The notes beneath the pieces are model-generated. The model saw nothing but the letters and a program-made list of their open reading frames with translations, searched no databases and was not told where the DNA came from. DNA of 29,044 nucleotides from Seison nebaliae (Eukaryota): the NCBI GenBank assembly GCA_023231475.1, contig JALJEE010001690.1, forward strand, positions 124,001-153,044, read 5' to 3'. Position 1 is the first letter of the stretch. Each line of letters begins with the position of its first letter. This document shows positions 14,669 to 26,163 of the stretch, one piece after another. The position numbers were made by a program, and so were the translations under genes.

Positions 14669-15630
14669 AGATCTCGTGAAAGACAATAGAACTTATCTCA
14701 TTTTATAACATTAAATTTCTATCTCGTTTTTCTTGTTTTATAATTAATAATGTTCTATCTATCTAATCGTAGAGAATAAAATAAATTGATAAAGTTAAAT
14801 AAAAATATATCTCTTTTCTTTGTCATAAAACTATACAATTAATAAATTCTTTTTAATTCGTCATCTATTAGAAACGATAAATAATAATCATTGGACCATA
14901 ACTTCTCGTTTATCATTTGTATCTTGCGCATATAATTTCTTTTTCTGCCAACGATCCAACTATAATAGAGTGAAATATATGTATTCCATATTAATTTCAC
15001 TTTCAATGTATTGACCATATTGTCATGACAATTGTGCGTACATGATAACGAAAAGTCTTAGGAACAAAATCTACATAACAAAAATACCTGCAATTATCTT
15101 CAATACTTATGTAAAAGGATAATATGTCTTGTATCGACATGGCAAAATGTGTCATGAATGTTTCTCTGTTAATGAAATTGACGAAAACTTCATGATGAGA
15201 AATACTGACGAGTGATTGTTACGACGAAGGACGAAAAGTTTCTTAAATTGTGTAAAGTATCTTTACGGCAATGTTGTTTCTATAGAAATATTGAAGCGCA
15301 TGACAATTGAAAAGAGGAATGATGACATCCAATATTTTATGGAGGTAGTCATTTCAAGAAATATTTCCGAATATTAATAGTACGTAAACATTTGCTTTAA
15401 CTTCACATCTGTTTAACGACATTATGTTTCGAATTTCTCCTTCAGATTCTTAATTAGAATAATAATTTCTTATCCTATTTTGTTCTATTTAGAATTGTTC
15501 AATGAATGAATCTAAAAAACAATCACCTCGATTAAATTTTTTTTAATTCCAATTAATTCAAACAAAACGACACAAACTAATAAACAAAATTAATTCATAA
15601 CCATAATTACCTATAAAAATTGTGAAGAGT

Positions 15631-16461
15631 ATGACAAGAAGATCGACAAAAAAATGTTTGGTTATATGTTGCTCAAGCATTATCAGCTTATTGATATTTG
15701 TCCATTTTTATCTTTTACCGTCCGTAATGGGTTATTATAATGACGAATGTTTATTATCCGTTAACAAGAAATTTATGATGAAAATAATTATGCATTCCTC
15801 TATAGCCACTTTGTTATCATTGGATCAAACAGCGTGGATCGCATCCGGTATCCTGTTAGGATACACAAGAGAGAATGATATTATACCTTGGGATGGTGAT
15901 GTGGATATGGATCGTCTAATTGAACCGAACGATAAAATTGAAAAGAAATTCCATGAAAATTATATTAAACAAATGGAAAGTATACAGTTGATTGAATGTA
16001 AAGGAGATGTCGATCTGATGATTTGCTCGGAAAAGGTGAGAATCGGTTTCGTTATTTGGTCATGGAAAGGTGAAAGGAGAAATGCGAAAGAAATATTGAA
16101 ACATAACGAATATTTGGTGGATTTGGACGATGGGAACATGTTCCAAAAATATATAACAAAAAATTTTAAAATAAGAAAATATTTAACATCGGATATTCTG
16201 CCTATTGAATGGAAGAAAAACAATGAAACTTTCTCCTTAGCTTTTGTTAAGAAGATGTACTCAAGATATTTCAAATTTATAAGGAACCTAAATAAATCGA
16301 TGAATGAGTTGAATGAGAAACAACTTTTAACTTTACGTCAATATATTGGAACATTGCCATTGCCTTTTATCAACAAACCGACCAACTATTTGGATAAACA
16401 CTACCCGAGCGGTTGGAGAAAACCGAAACCATTCAAATGGAAATGTTATATTCCGACATGA
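15631..16461 (+). CDS. LicD/fukutin-family nucleotidyltransferase-fold phosphotransferase, type II membrane protein, intronless
   Basis: N-terminal basic stretch plus TM segment (LVICCSSIISLLIFVHFYLL). LicD signature SGILLGYTRENDIIPWDGDVD and C-terminal YLDKHYPSGWRKP. First ATG is at 15631. Confidence 0.88.
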   Translation: MTRRSTKKCLVICCSSIISLLIFVHFYLLPSVMGYYNDECLLSVNKKFMMKIIMHSSIATLLSLDQTAWIASGILLGYTRENDIIPWDGDVDMDRLIEPNDKIEKKFHENYIKQMESIQLIECKGDVDLMICSEKVRIGFVIWSWKGERRNAKEILKHNEYLVDLDDGNMFQKYITKNFKIRKYLTSDILPIEWKKNNETFSLAFVKKMYSRYFKFIRNLNKSMNELNEKQLLTLRQYIGTLPLPFINKPTNYLDKHYPSGWRKPKPFKWKCYIPT

Positions 16462-16990
16462 ATCAAAATATATTTATATCACAATACTTTGACACATCAA
16501 CAAAACGGAAAATTATTATTTTGTTTACCTTTTGGCGAATATCGCAAAATATGTATGTTTTTCCTCTGTACATATTTCGATTTCATGAAGTTTAAGTGTA
16601 AATAAAATTCCTAAAATTATTTTGTTCCATTCCTAATGAAATAGAAATGAATCTAGGAAAAAGGGGCGCCTAAGTTGATTTTTTCGGATAAACGCGAAAA
16701 AGGACGTCTATTTCGTATGTGCTGTATAATTCATAACTGTGTAATTGTCTGTTATAAAACAGATACATATACATATATACAAACATTGGATGTTCCGCGG
16801 AACATCCATTAGAAACAGTTGAACCAGATGCACTATCCATTATAAACCACATAAAATTTTTTTGCTATCATTGAACTCTCATTCTTGATCCATCATTCTT
16901 GTCCGTGGACGAGCAGAACCTTATCATTGATTCTTTGGTAGCTGTTTTTTTCTCACATTATATAAAATTTTTGAAAATTAGCAGTATCGG

Positions 16991-17078
16991 TTATTTCCTC
17001 ACCCACTTTTTTCATTATGGACTTTTCCTCACCCGATTTTTTCATCACCTAATTGTCTATTAATTGTTGAGGAAAAGT
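16991..17078. repeat. Two 30-bp tandem units plus an inverted copy (possible MITE/transposon remnant)
   Basis: ttatttcctcacccacttttttcat (16991) and acttttcctcacccgattttttcat (17021). ACTTTTCCTCA (17021-17031) is the exact reverse complement of TGAGGAAAAGT (17068-17078). Confidence 0.6.
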
Positions 17079-17413
17079 TCAATTAATAGATCGTGATCCG
17101 ATTCTTTAATCTTACAATGTCATTGACCATATAATAATTTCATAGAACAAATAATTTTCGATTGTTTAACTTCGATCTACATTTATTTAGATATGAATTT
17201 TAATTAGTCCAAAAAACTAATAAAAAATTAAATTATCTAATATCGAAAGAAAAAAATTCTAAAAAATTCACAAACTGATCTTGTGATCAGTTTCTTTCTC
17301 GAAAAAAAGAGCTGGTTGGTTTGTGATAACATCGAAAATAATGAATTCAATTCAAATTAATATATGGATGAAAATAAAGAAAAATATAAATTTAATAGAG
17401 ACGATAATCTTGA

Positions 17414-19207
17414 TTATAAACCGCCATGATAGCCAATTTTATTCCAGAAGTTGCATAAACTTGCTTTGAAGTCCGAGATGATATTAACACCTTGATGATA
17501 ATCAGTTGAATATCTCAACATCTGATAATCATTTTCAACATTATACAAAGGCCATTTGAGAGAACCGTTATTTGGATTACCAGTTTTAACAAAAGACGAC
17601 CATTGCTGAATCAACGTGTCTGACATTCTTATTTCGGAATCGGTATAACTATAATTTAAGAATGGTGCTGTTTGGAAAACATAAGGAATATCGGATCCAT
17701 GACATACTCGGCCTTTACAGAATGTGTCACTAAAACGAGAGAAATAAAATGAAAAAAAATCAAAATTCTACTAACGGTCCCCATGCATCAAAAGAAATAG
17801 CATGATCGAACAAATATCGATATACTGGAACGACTTTCGAAGCATTCTGAGCAAGATATCTTGTTGCACAAGAAAATACCCAATCGGTTGCCATCGAACT
17901 TAATACAGGACGTTCGTCGTTTAATTGGAACGGCGGATATTTATTCATAACGTCAATGGCTTTCTCTCCAAAACTTCCAGCCATAATTTCTAAATATGTA
18001 GCGAGCGAGACTGAAGTATTCCATGCACTATAAATAAAAAGGACACATTCTTCGGTGAGGGAACCCATCAATATCGGTGGTAATTTAGCAAGATGAGATT
18101 TTCCTTTTATACTATCATCCCAGACATCGATAATTTGACCGAAAACATATTTACCATCAACAACTGGAACGAATGGTTCGAAGAAACCCAAAATCTTTAA
18201 AGAAGATGGCACAGTTGCTGTTTTTGCTTGTGCGATAGTTATGTTTTCCCAAGATAAATTGTATAAACAATTTGTATCTCCAAAAGAACATTGAGTCTAT
18301 TAAAGAAAAATACCATAATATATCACAAACATAATCGATATTAACTTCTTCATTAAACTCGACGAATTGTAATGAAGCCGAATCGCGATTCATGAAGGGA
18401 ATGGTCGAAGGAGAACTTTCGATAATTACTTGTTGGAAATATTGTCTACTTCCTAAATTAGTCGCATGGAAAGCAGTAGATTGAGCACCAGCAGATTGAC
18501 CAGATAATGTTATCTGAAATAATATTGTCTATGCTTATAGAAATTATCAATATTTACTCACTTTATCGGGATTACCGTTAAAACGATTAATATTCTCATA
18601 AACCCATTTCAAAGCTAACTCCTGATCTTTCAGACCATAATTACCAGTAAAACCATATTGTTCGCTAAACAAGAATCCTAAAATTCCTAATCGATATTCA
18701 ATTGTGACCACTATAGTATTGGATTTTTTCACCAAATTACTCGCCCAATAAAGTACGGAAGAACTGGACATAAACCGGAAATTTCCTCCATGAATATAAA
18801 CGAGAACCGGAAGAGGTTCTGCTGGAATATTCGTCGGAGCATAAACATTCAAATACAAGCAATCTTCACTTATTTTTGTGGGACACAACATTTTCGGAGT
18901 GAGAACTTCACAATTAATTTGAGGACAAGCTGGTTTTAATTTAGTGCAATCGAGGATATCCGGAAACCATACATTTGGATCAATTGGATCTTTCCATCTT
19001 TAATATTCTCATAATAAATATCTTATGATATTGGTTAAATTGAAACCTTAAGGATTTTGTAGGAGGTGTAGCAAATGGAATACCCCACCAGATATTCGTG
19101 TCATTAATTGTTGTACCTCGAACTTTACCAAATTTAGTGTCAACTATCAGATTACACGAATAATAATTGAATAGTATTTGCAGAATAAGAATTATAAACA
19201 TTTTCAT
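17414..19207 (-). CDS. Secreted type-B carboxylesterase/cholinesterase-family hydrolase, about 533 aa, 5 exons: 19207-19047, 18997-18562, 18513-18346, 18296-17776, 17729-17414
   Basis: Signal peptide, GIPFATPP, SEDCLYLNVY, oxyanion HGGNF, YRLGILGFL, GNYGLKDQ, nucleophile GQSAG, acidic LTEEC, catalytic CHGSDI and FVKTGNPN. Four frame-preserving introns of 46-49 nt. Confidence 0.96.
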
Positions 19208-21303
19208 TTTTTAAGAGAAAAATGAGAAATTGAGAAAAGGTTTTATTACTAAAATAATATGACATCGAATGAACGATGAGAATTATCGCATGTGATAATT
19301 GAAAAAAAATTTAGTTATCGACATAACGAAGTAAAATAATGTGATGGTGGTTGAGGACGGAGAATGATAACATAAGGCACGATAAAGAAAAAAATTGAAA
19401 TGTCAAAAAATTGTATTTAATCAAAAATGTTCATGAATATTTTTTAAAAAATTTTTTTGTCTTCATTCGAAACTTCCATAACTGTATTTGTCAGCGTTGT
19501 TCAGTTTCTCAGAATATGTCGTTGATGGCAATTGGTGGATTGAAGAAATTTGAACTAACGAAAATTAATGTGGAAAAGTTGTTTATGGTGGTTTGTTGTT
19601 AATTGAATTCATCAGCATTCGATCAATGCTTGTGATGAGAGTTAAATAAAATAGAAATTTAAAAATCTACATTCTATTAGATGGAAAAAAGAAAACAAAA
19701 TAAATTAGATTGAATAAAAAGAATGATGAATGAAGAAAAAGATTCCGCACGTCTTCTTTAGAAAAATTGCTGAGAATTAGAAGTAGAATGTTAAATCATC
19801 AAAAAGGTTACACGTCACATGAATTGAAAATAAATGATGATGATAAAATAAATAGATAAACGATGAGTGATGGTGATACAGTATGTGCAGTTGTGATTGA
19901 AAATAACTGGAGCAATTGGACAAGATGAAACAGAAGGAACGATGAAAAGAACTTTTGTCGACTAAAAAGAAATTTGAAAGAAATCAGACACATTATTGTT
20001 TACGTGTAACTGCCATTGGAGGAGGGTAGTTTCTTCCAACGTTCATTGTTTTATCTTCTCATCATTCTCATCGGAACGATATGGGAGCATATGTCAGAAG
20101 AATACTTTAGGTAGACACTCATTTAGTTTTGTTAAGTAGAAACATAAAATCAAGAGATTAAAGATATGTAATCTTATCTTCAAAAATGCTTTTTCAACAG
20201 GAAAACTATTTAATTATTTAATTTATGAATAACTATAAATATAATAAACTTATTTATAAGAAGAAGATACGGTTCATTTCATTATTCGTCATTCAACTTT
20301 AACGAGACGTAAAACCACAAAGTCACAATATAACTTAATGTAAATTAGGAAAGAAATGTGCACAATAATACTGCTAAAATTATAATTTTTATCTCTATAA
20401 AACAATTAAAACAATGATAGCTGTGAGGTATAAATGATACATATATGTAAATTAAGAACATTTTTTGATATTTAAAAGTTATAAGTTGGTCATACGTATA
20501 TAAAAGTCGAAAGAGTAAAGAATAAGTGTAATAAAGCTGTTTTACTTTTTACTTATAACTTAAACTACTTCAATTTTAACGACGTTGAACTTTGGAAGCA
20601 TAATTAAATTCTATTCCATCATAGTATAGCGTTTTAAATTGATGCATTTAATCAAAATTAAAGAAATATTAAATATAATGATCAGTTTTCCTTTCAGCAT
20701 GGTAAAATGTAAACGAATTTAAAACATGAACATGAAACAGTTAGTTTATGGTAATGTTTCTATGACGACCTATTGCATTAATGTGACTCAACTATCGATT
20801 GCACATTTGTACTTTGCAAGAAATTTTATATTCAGGAAATTCAGCTTTTATAAACTGCATAGAATTGAACATAAACGAAACGTAGATTGATTGAACATGA
20901 GAGAGAGGTACTTGTTTCTCTTCACAATTTGGTAACATACTGTTGAACTTATTGCTGAGAAGAGTCCAAAAAACAGAACAGAAAATCAACTATTAATTCA
21001 CATCAACTTAATTATTATATTTAACTGAATTTTAGATTGAATTCTTTTGAGGAAGTTGGCCCATGGGCCATATACTACGAATACCTACTGATTCGTACAA
21101 TGATTAGTGTTTAGCATATAAGTATATTAGAAGAATTTTCTCAAATTTACGCACATTCCTCAAATGTTTGACTGGAAGCTATAACTACAATTCCCATTTC
21201 TAATAGAATTCGTCTAATATTTATTAAGAAAACTTGATTTTTATCTAATAAACGAAATAATGTTTATGAGACTCTGTGTTATAGAACATTCCACTAAAGA
21301 TTC

Positions 21304-21333
21304 TTCCAACAATTTCTAACAATTTCTAACAAT
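21304..21333. repeat. 10-bp tandem repeat (about 3 copies of ttctaacaat)
   Basis: ttccaacaat ttctaacaat ttctaacaat. Confidence 0.8.
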
Positions 21334-22023
21334 GTGGCTTCCCACCGCGTAAACTTTCTACACAATCAGCATTCCCACTTTGTTCAAGTGAAACAGTTTT
21401 CATTATCAATCAACACTCATTGAAAACTAATAGTATCATCATCAGACGCACTCCCCACCATTATTCCCGATATTGAAGGAAGAAATATTAATGTGAAATA
21501 GAAATTTCTTTTCACACAATAGAGATTCTTTTATGAATTCTTCGTGATGGAAAATTTATTTTCTCATATTTCTCATTTGAAATTGAGATGAGTATGAAGT
21601 TTAGTGACTAATTGAATTCATCTCATAAGAATATTAAGTTACTTCAATTTGACACACTGAATTCTGAGAGTATTATAAATATCATACTTAATGGTATTTA
21701 TGAACAAATATCTTCTCAAAATAAGAAAATTGTTATGATGTCAATTAACAATTGAATAATCTTGAATAGATGGAACTCTTTCATATTTGTTCGACAAATG
21801 TTGAGAGAAACATACTTGGGGATGTCGGGAGCTGAAAATTTGAATGTTGAGAATTAATAGGATAATATTGTTAGATCAAGTTTTCCCTAAAAAATTTTCA
21901 AACAAAAGCCAAACTAATTATAAAAAATAATGATTCTCCAAAGAGAAGATTCCCATAATAAACAAACATTTCGTGAGGAGGTACAACGAAAATTTTTCAT
22001 GATTCTCATCAATACATTTTCGT

Positions 22024-24765
22024 ATGGTCATAAATTTGATCAGATTATTGGTGAGAGATTATTACAATCTAATAATCAGATGCGAACAATTGGAAAATAA
22101 AGTTGAACAATCCAATTTAAGTTATTTAGCGTCCGATTTAAACAGATATTTAATCTCGACTCGTTATTCATCGGAATTCGAATTAATTCTTCGGGAAAAA
22201 TCTCGTTTCGATAAACGTTATCAAATTATTTGGAAATTTTTGAAAAGAGAAAAATTTCTAATTTCCAAAACGATAATGGATGAGAATCATAAGAATCAAT
22301 TATTCCTCACAATATTCTATCTTCAATTAGTTCACTATTATTTTTATGTGAATTTTCTCGCAATTTATTTTTTCGTTCTATCACAAATATTCACATCAGT
22401 CCGATTAGTGAGTGGTGGCATTAATAGGAGATTATTTATGAGACAACTCAAAAAAGAAAAGCTTTATGGGAAGAAGTTCGAAAACTTAAAACTTTGGATA
22501 TCGTTCAAAAGAAAACAGTTTCGTCTTTTTTATTCTCAAAATAACTCAAAATCAGATGACATTCCAACAAACACAACTCTTCTTTCTCTTACTTATTCTG
22601 AAAATGATTCAATTGATGGATTGTTTGGACAGTTTATTGCGAGAAAAGTCGGTCTTGAACCAGAAACTGAACGATATCGATTAGAACGACTGTTGAGAAG
22701 TGTTAATGAAGATTATTGTTTAACAAAAACTATAAGATCTAATAGATTGTATGTAGTTCCCAAAAACGAAATTTTCTTGCTAAGTCCATCAGCTGAGGAA
22801 GATGAATGGAAAGAAGATGATTTTCTTCTATTTCGTTGTAATAAATCCGAGAAATTTATTTGGGGAATTTATCAAGAACCATTGAAAGATGATTATCATG
22901 CAATTTATCGTTTGGACGAGATAGAAGATGTGGAAGAAAAAACGAACATACATTATCGGAGAATACCTTCTACAAATATTATCCCTAAACGATACATGCA
23001 TCTTGTGAACTATACGTTTAAAATATCAGACGTGAAAGAAGAAGAAGAGAAGATGTTAAGTGATTGGCATCGCGACACGTTTTCATTAGACAAAAAGAGA
23101 TTTAAGCAAAATGAACTAATGAATTGTATCGAAGAAGAAATTGATAAATGTCATGAGGAAATTAGAAATAATTGTTTGGTATCAGAATTATATGTACAAT
23201 TTGATTGGGAAGACGATTTAATTTCAAATCCAATTGAAGAATTCTTACTTAAAACTATGAATGGCAAATTAGAAAATCGATTTGATGTAGAAGAACGTCA
23301 ATATAATCGTTTGAAGAGCAAATTAAGAGAAGAATTGAATGTCAATGAAGAATTACGTCGATACATTCGTTGTTATATTTCCAATCTGAAAATTGGCAAA
23401 TATGAATTTGAAGATGAAGAAACGGAGAGTTCAGATGACGAGGAAGAAGAAATTGAAAACGATATATCAAAAGAGCCGTGGTACGATTATAAATGGAGGA
23501 AATGGAGGAGCTTTTTAGATAATATGGAAAGTGAAAAAGAATCAGATGAAGATAAAAATTCTGAACATTCCGATTTGGAGTTGAATTTAGTGGAGGAAGA
23601 TGAAATATCTGAACATTCTGAAAATTCTGATTTAGAGTTAAATTTATGGGAGGAAGATGAAGAAACTAATGACGATTATTCTAAAGAGAGCGATGGAATT
23701 GATGAAAGTGACAATGAAGATGATGAAGCTACAGAGAGTGAGGAGGAGAAATCGAATGAGAAAGAAACTGATAAATTAGAGAAAAAAAGGAAAAAATGGG
23801 AAAATATTAAACGAATGTTTGAAAATGATATTGAAAAATGGACATATCCAAATCAATTTCCAGAACATCGATCATCGTCCAGTTTAACATCCGATACTTA
23901 TGAGGTAAATTCAGAATCAAATTCATTTAATATTTCACAAATTAATAATTCTAATTCAAATTTCTCACCAACTGACAATTCAGTAAATTCAAATTTGAAA
24001 TCGTTAATTGATGAGGAACATTCCGAGAATTCATCATTATGGAATGAAGATGCAACTTCTTCTGTAAATGAATTGGAAGAATCTTTCAGACGATTATTTC
24101 AACATCGAAATTACAATAAATCTCAAATTATTTCAATCTCTGAAACAAATGAAAGTTCCATTTTTAATAAAAGATATAAAGAATTGGAATATCCGTCGAG
24201 AAATGACCAAGAAATGATTAAGAAACAAATTGAAATATGGATTGCTGACAATATAGATGACGTAAACGATAAAGAATTGTTGGAGGACTGGGAAGTGTAC
24301 ATAAATTATTCCGATATCCTTAATATGGAAAGTGAGTTGGTACTGGAAATTTATTCGAAAGAAAATCGAATTGAATTTGAAAGAAAAGAATTCCTTCAAT
24401 TTCTTTTAGACTATGTGAGAAATGAGAAGTTCTCATTAAATAATTTCAATGAACGAGAGATACACAACATAGATAATTCTACCCGAGTTAATGTCAATGA
24501 CGTGTCAATAGACAATAGAGATACTGCTTGGAATTTATTTAAGAAAAGTGATTTTTATAGAAGATTTGAAGGAAAAATTCAAGGAAGTTATGGTCGAACA
24601 TCTTCGTCGTCAAATTCAATTTTAAATTTTCGCTCATCTCGTGAAAGTTCCACAGTATTTCCCAATACTTCTTATCGTGTTCCAGATGATGATGAATCGA
24701 GAAATGAAACGATCTCCATTCAATGGGTATTCGACTCGTTTACTGCATATTTTTGCGAGTTATGA
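22024..24765 (+). CDS. Uncharacterised intronless 913-aa protein with a large D/E-rich region and a possible Tudor-like (DUF4537-like) domain
   Basis: A 2.7-kb ORF in AT-rich DNA is very unlikely by chance. It has a hydrophobic segment near aa 92-125, a beta-rich-looking segment at about aa 200-330, a coiled-coil stretch, and acidic and S/N-rich tracts. Confidence 0.85.
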   Translation: MVINLIRLLVRDYYNLIIRCEQLENKVEQSNLSYLASDLNRYLISTRYSSEFELILREKSRFDKRYQIIWKFLKREKFLISKTIMDENHKNQLFLTIFYLQLVHYYFYVNFLAIYFFVLSQIFTSVRLVSGGINRRLFMRQLKKEKLYGKKFENLKLWISFKRKQFRLFYSQNNSKSDDIPTNTTLLSLTYSENDSIDGLFGQFIARKVGLEPETERYRLERLLRSVNEDYCLTKTIRSNRLYVVPKNEIFLLSPSAEEDEWKEDDFLLFRCNKSEKFIWGIYQEPLKDDYHAIYRLDEIEDVEEKTNIHYRRIPSTNIIPKRYMHLVNYTFKISDVKEEEEKMLSDWHRDTFSLDKKRFKQNELMNCIEEEIDKCHEEIRNNCLVSELYVQFDWEDDLISNPIEEFLLKTMNGKLENRFDVEERQYNRLKSKLREELNVNEELRRYIRCYISNLKIGKYEFEDEETESSDDEEEEIENDISKEPWYDYKWRKWRSFLDNMESEKESDEDKNSEHSDLELNLVEEDEISEHSENSDLELNLWEEDEETNDDYSKESDGIDESDNEDDEATESEEEKSNEKETDKLEKKRKKWENIKRMFENDIEKWTYPNQFPEHRSSSSLTSDTYEVNSESNSFNISQINNSNSNFSPTDNSVNSNLKSLIDEEHSENSSLWNEDATSSVNELEESFRRLFQHRNYNKSQIISISETNESSIFNKRYKELEYPSRNDQEMIKKQIEIWIADNIDDVNDKELLEDWEVYINYSDILNMESELVLEIYSKENRIEFERKEFLQFLLDYVRNEKFSLNNFNEREIHNIDNSTRVNVNDVSIDNRDTAWNLFKKSDFYRRFEGKIQGSYGRTSSSSNSILNFRSSRESSTVFPNTSYRVPDDDESRNETISIQWVFDSFTAYFCEL

Positions 24766-25258
24766 TGGGAATATCAGTATGGAAGATTTCATGATTTTTA
24801 GGTTGTCCTTTCTTATCAGTCAACATGGCCAAATAACCACCGTTAAATGGATTCGTTCTTACGATATCTGGAGTTTCCGTTAATTTTCTATTAATTTCAA
24901 TAAGACAACTCTTCAGACATGCTGGAACATTATAATATTTATTTTCTTCCGTTATTAATTGGCAAATAATGAAATTTGGAGAGACCATTGGCATATTCTT
25001 CTTCATTTTCCCCGAAGCTTTCAAAGTTGTCAAATCAATTGTCGATTGTTTCCCATCGAAATTAATTTTTTTTATTTTCTCCTTGTTCTTCAGGATAGGA
25101 TGCTCAGGAGATAATGTTACCAGATATATTCCATTCGAATGTCGAAGAACATTAAATTTCTCATTATTCTCATTCGAATATTCGCCAATTGTAAAATACC
25201 TTTCTATGAAACATTTGTATGCGAAATCTTCAAAATTTTTAGTTGAGATCGGATTCAT
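24740..25258 (-). CDS. ABITRAM: Protein Abitram (FAM206A/Simiate), glycine-cleavage-H-like fold, intronless
   Basis: FIERYFT, HSNGIYLVTLSPEHPIL, SGKMKK, VPACLKSCLIEINRKL and PFNGGYLAML match the family. Confidence 0.92.
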   Translation of the reverse strand: MNPISTKNFEDFAYKCFIERYFTIGEYSNENNEKFNVLRHSNGIYLVTLSPEHPILKNKEKIKKINFDGKQSTIDLTTLKASGKMKKNMPMVSPNFIICQLITEENKYYNVPACLKSCLIEINRKLTETPDIVRTNPFNGGYLAMLTDKKGQPKNHEIFHTDIPIITRKNMQ

Positions 25259-26163
25259 ATTTTCACTCTTCTATTATTTCCATAAGCTTTCATATTCAAA
25301 TTATATTTCTATATTTTTTCCTTGTTCAACATATTTAGTTCTGGTTAAATCAATTTCCATTTACTCTTAAAAATTACTAGAATTTTATAAATAATATTGT
25401 TAATTATTAAAACTTGTATTTATATTTTATTTTTTAATGTACCTAACAATTGTAAGATACGTAAGAATTCCCCTAAAAATTAACATCTGGAATCTAAATT
25501 GATTAATCAATCTTGACAAATATATTAAACTTAACGTTCTTAAAATTTAAATCTGACAAAATGTTTTCCATTATGAGAGAGTAGTGAACGAATAAAAAAT
25601 ACCATTGGTCTCCGACAATATTTTTTGTTAAGATTTCTGTTAAAGGTTAGTTAAGGTGAGTTAGGTGAGGTTAAAAATTTTTTTGAGAATGATCAATAAA
25701 ACAACTGTGAAGAAAGACGTTTTACTGTCATTTGTGTAGGAATGAAATAAGAGAGACTCTATTTAAACCCGACATGAAAAAGTTTCGAAGTTCGGATAAT
25801 TTATGTCTTCAGATCATCGAAAGATTGGGTTCGTTATTGTTTGGCTTGACAGTTTCATAGAATGTTGGTAACTATAATGATTAATTTTCCAATTAAATAA
25901 AAAAAATGTTCTTTTCTATTAGAAATATTTAGGATATGTGGCTAAATTTAATACATTTTGAAGTAGCTGCTCATTATCTTATTATTATCAAAGCATATAA
26001 TTAATTAAACATCTATGGCGTTTCTAGAATGAATAACACCGATTCATGGTATTGAATATTACGTTTATATTGGTAATAAAAAATATGAACAGCTTAAAAT
26101 TTAGAACAGTTTTCCCGGAATTGTGCTTCTAACTTTTCACATTGTAAATTGTTTATAGGGTAT

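Noticed and set aside
19411..20989. ORFs 19411-19602, 19808-19993 and 20792-20989
   Set aside because: Short and compositionally biased, with no homology or splice support.
21930..22100. Upstream ATG/exon extending the 913-aa gene
   Set aside because: The candidate donor and acceptor phases do not join the main frame.
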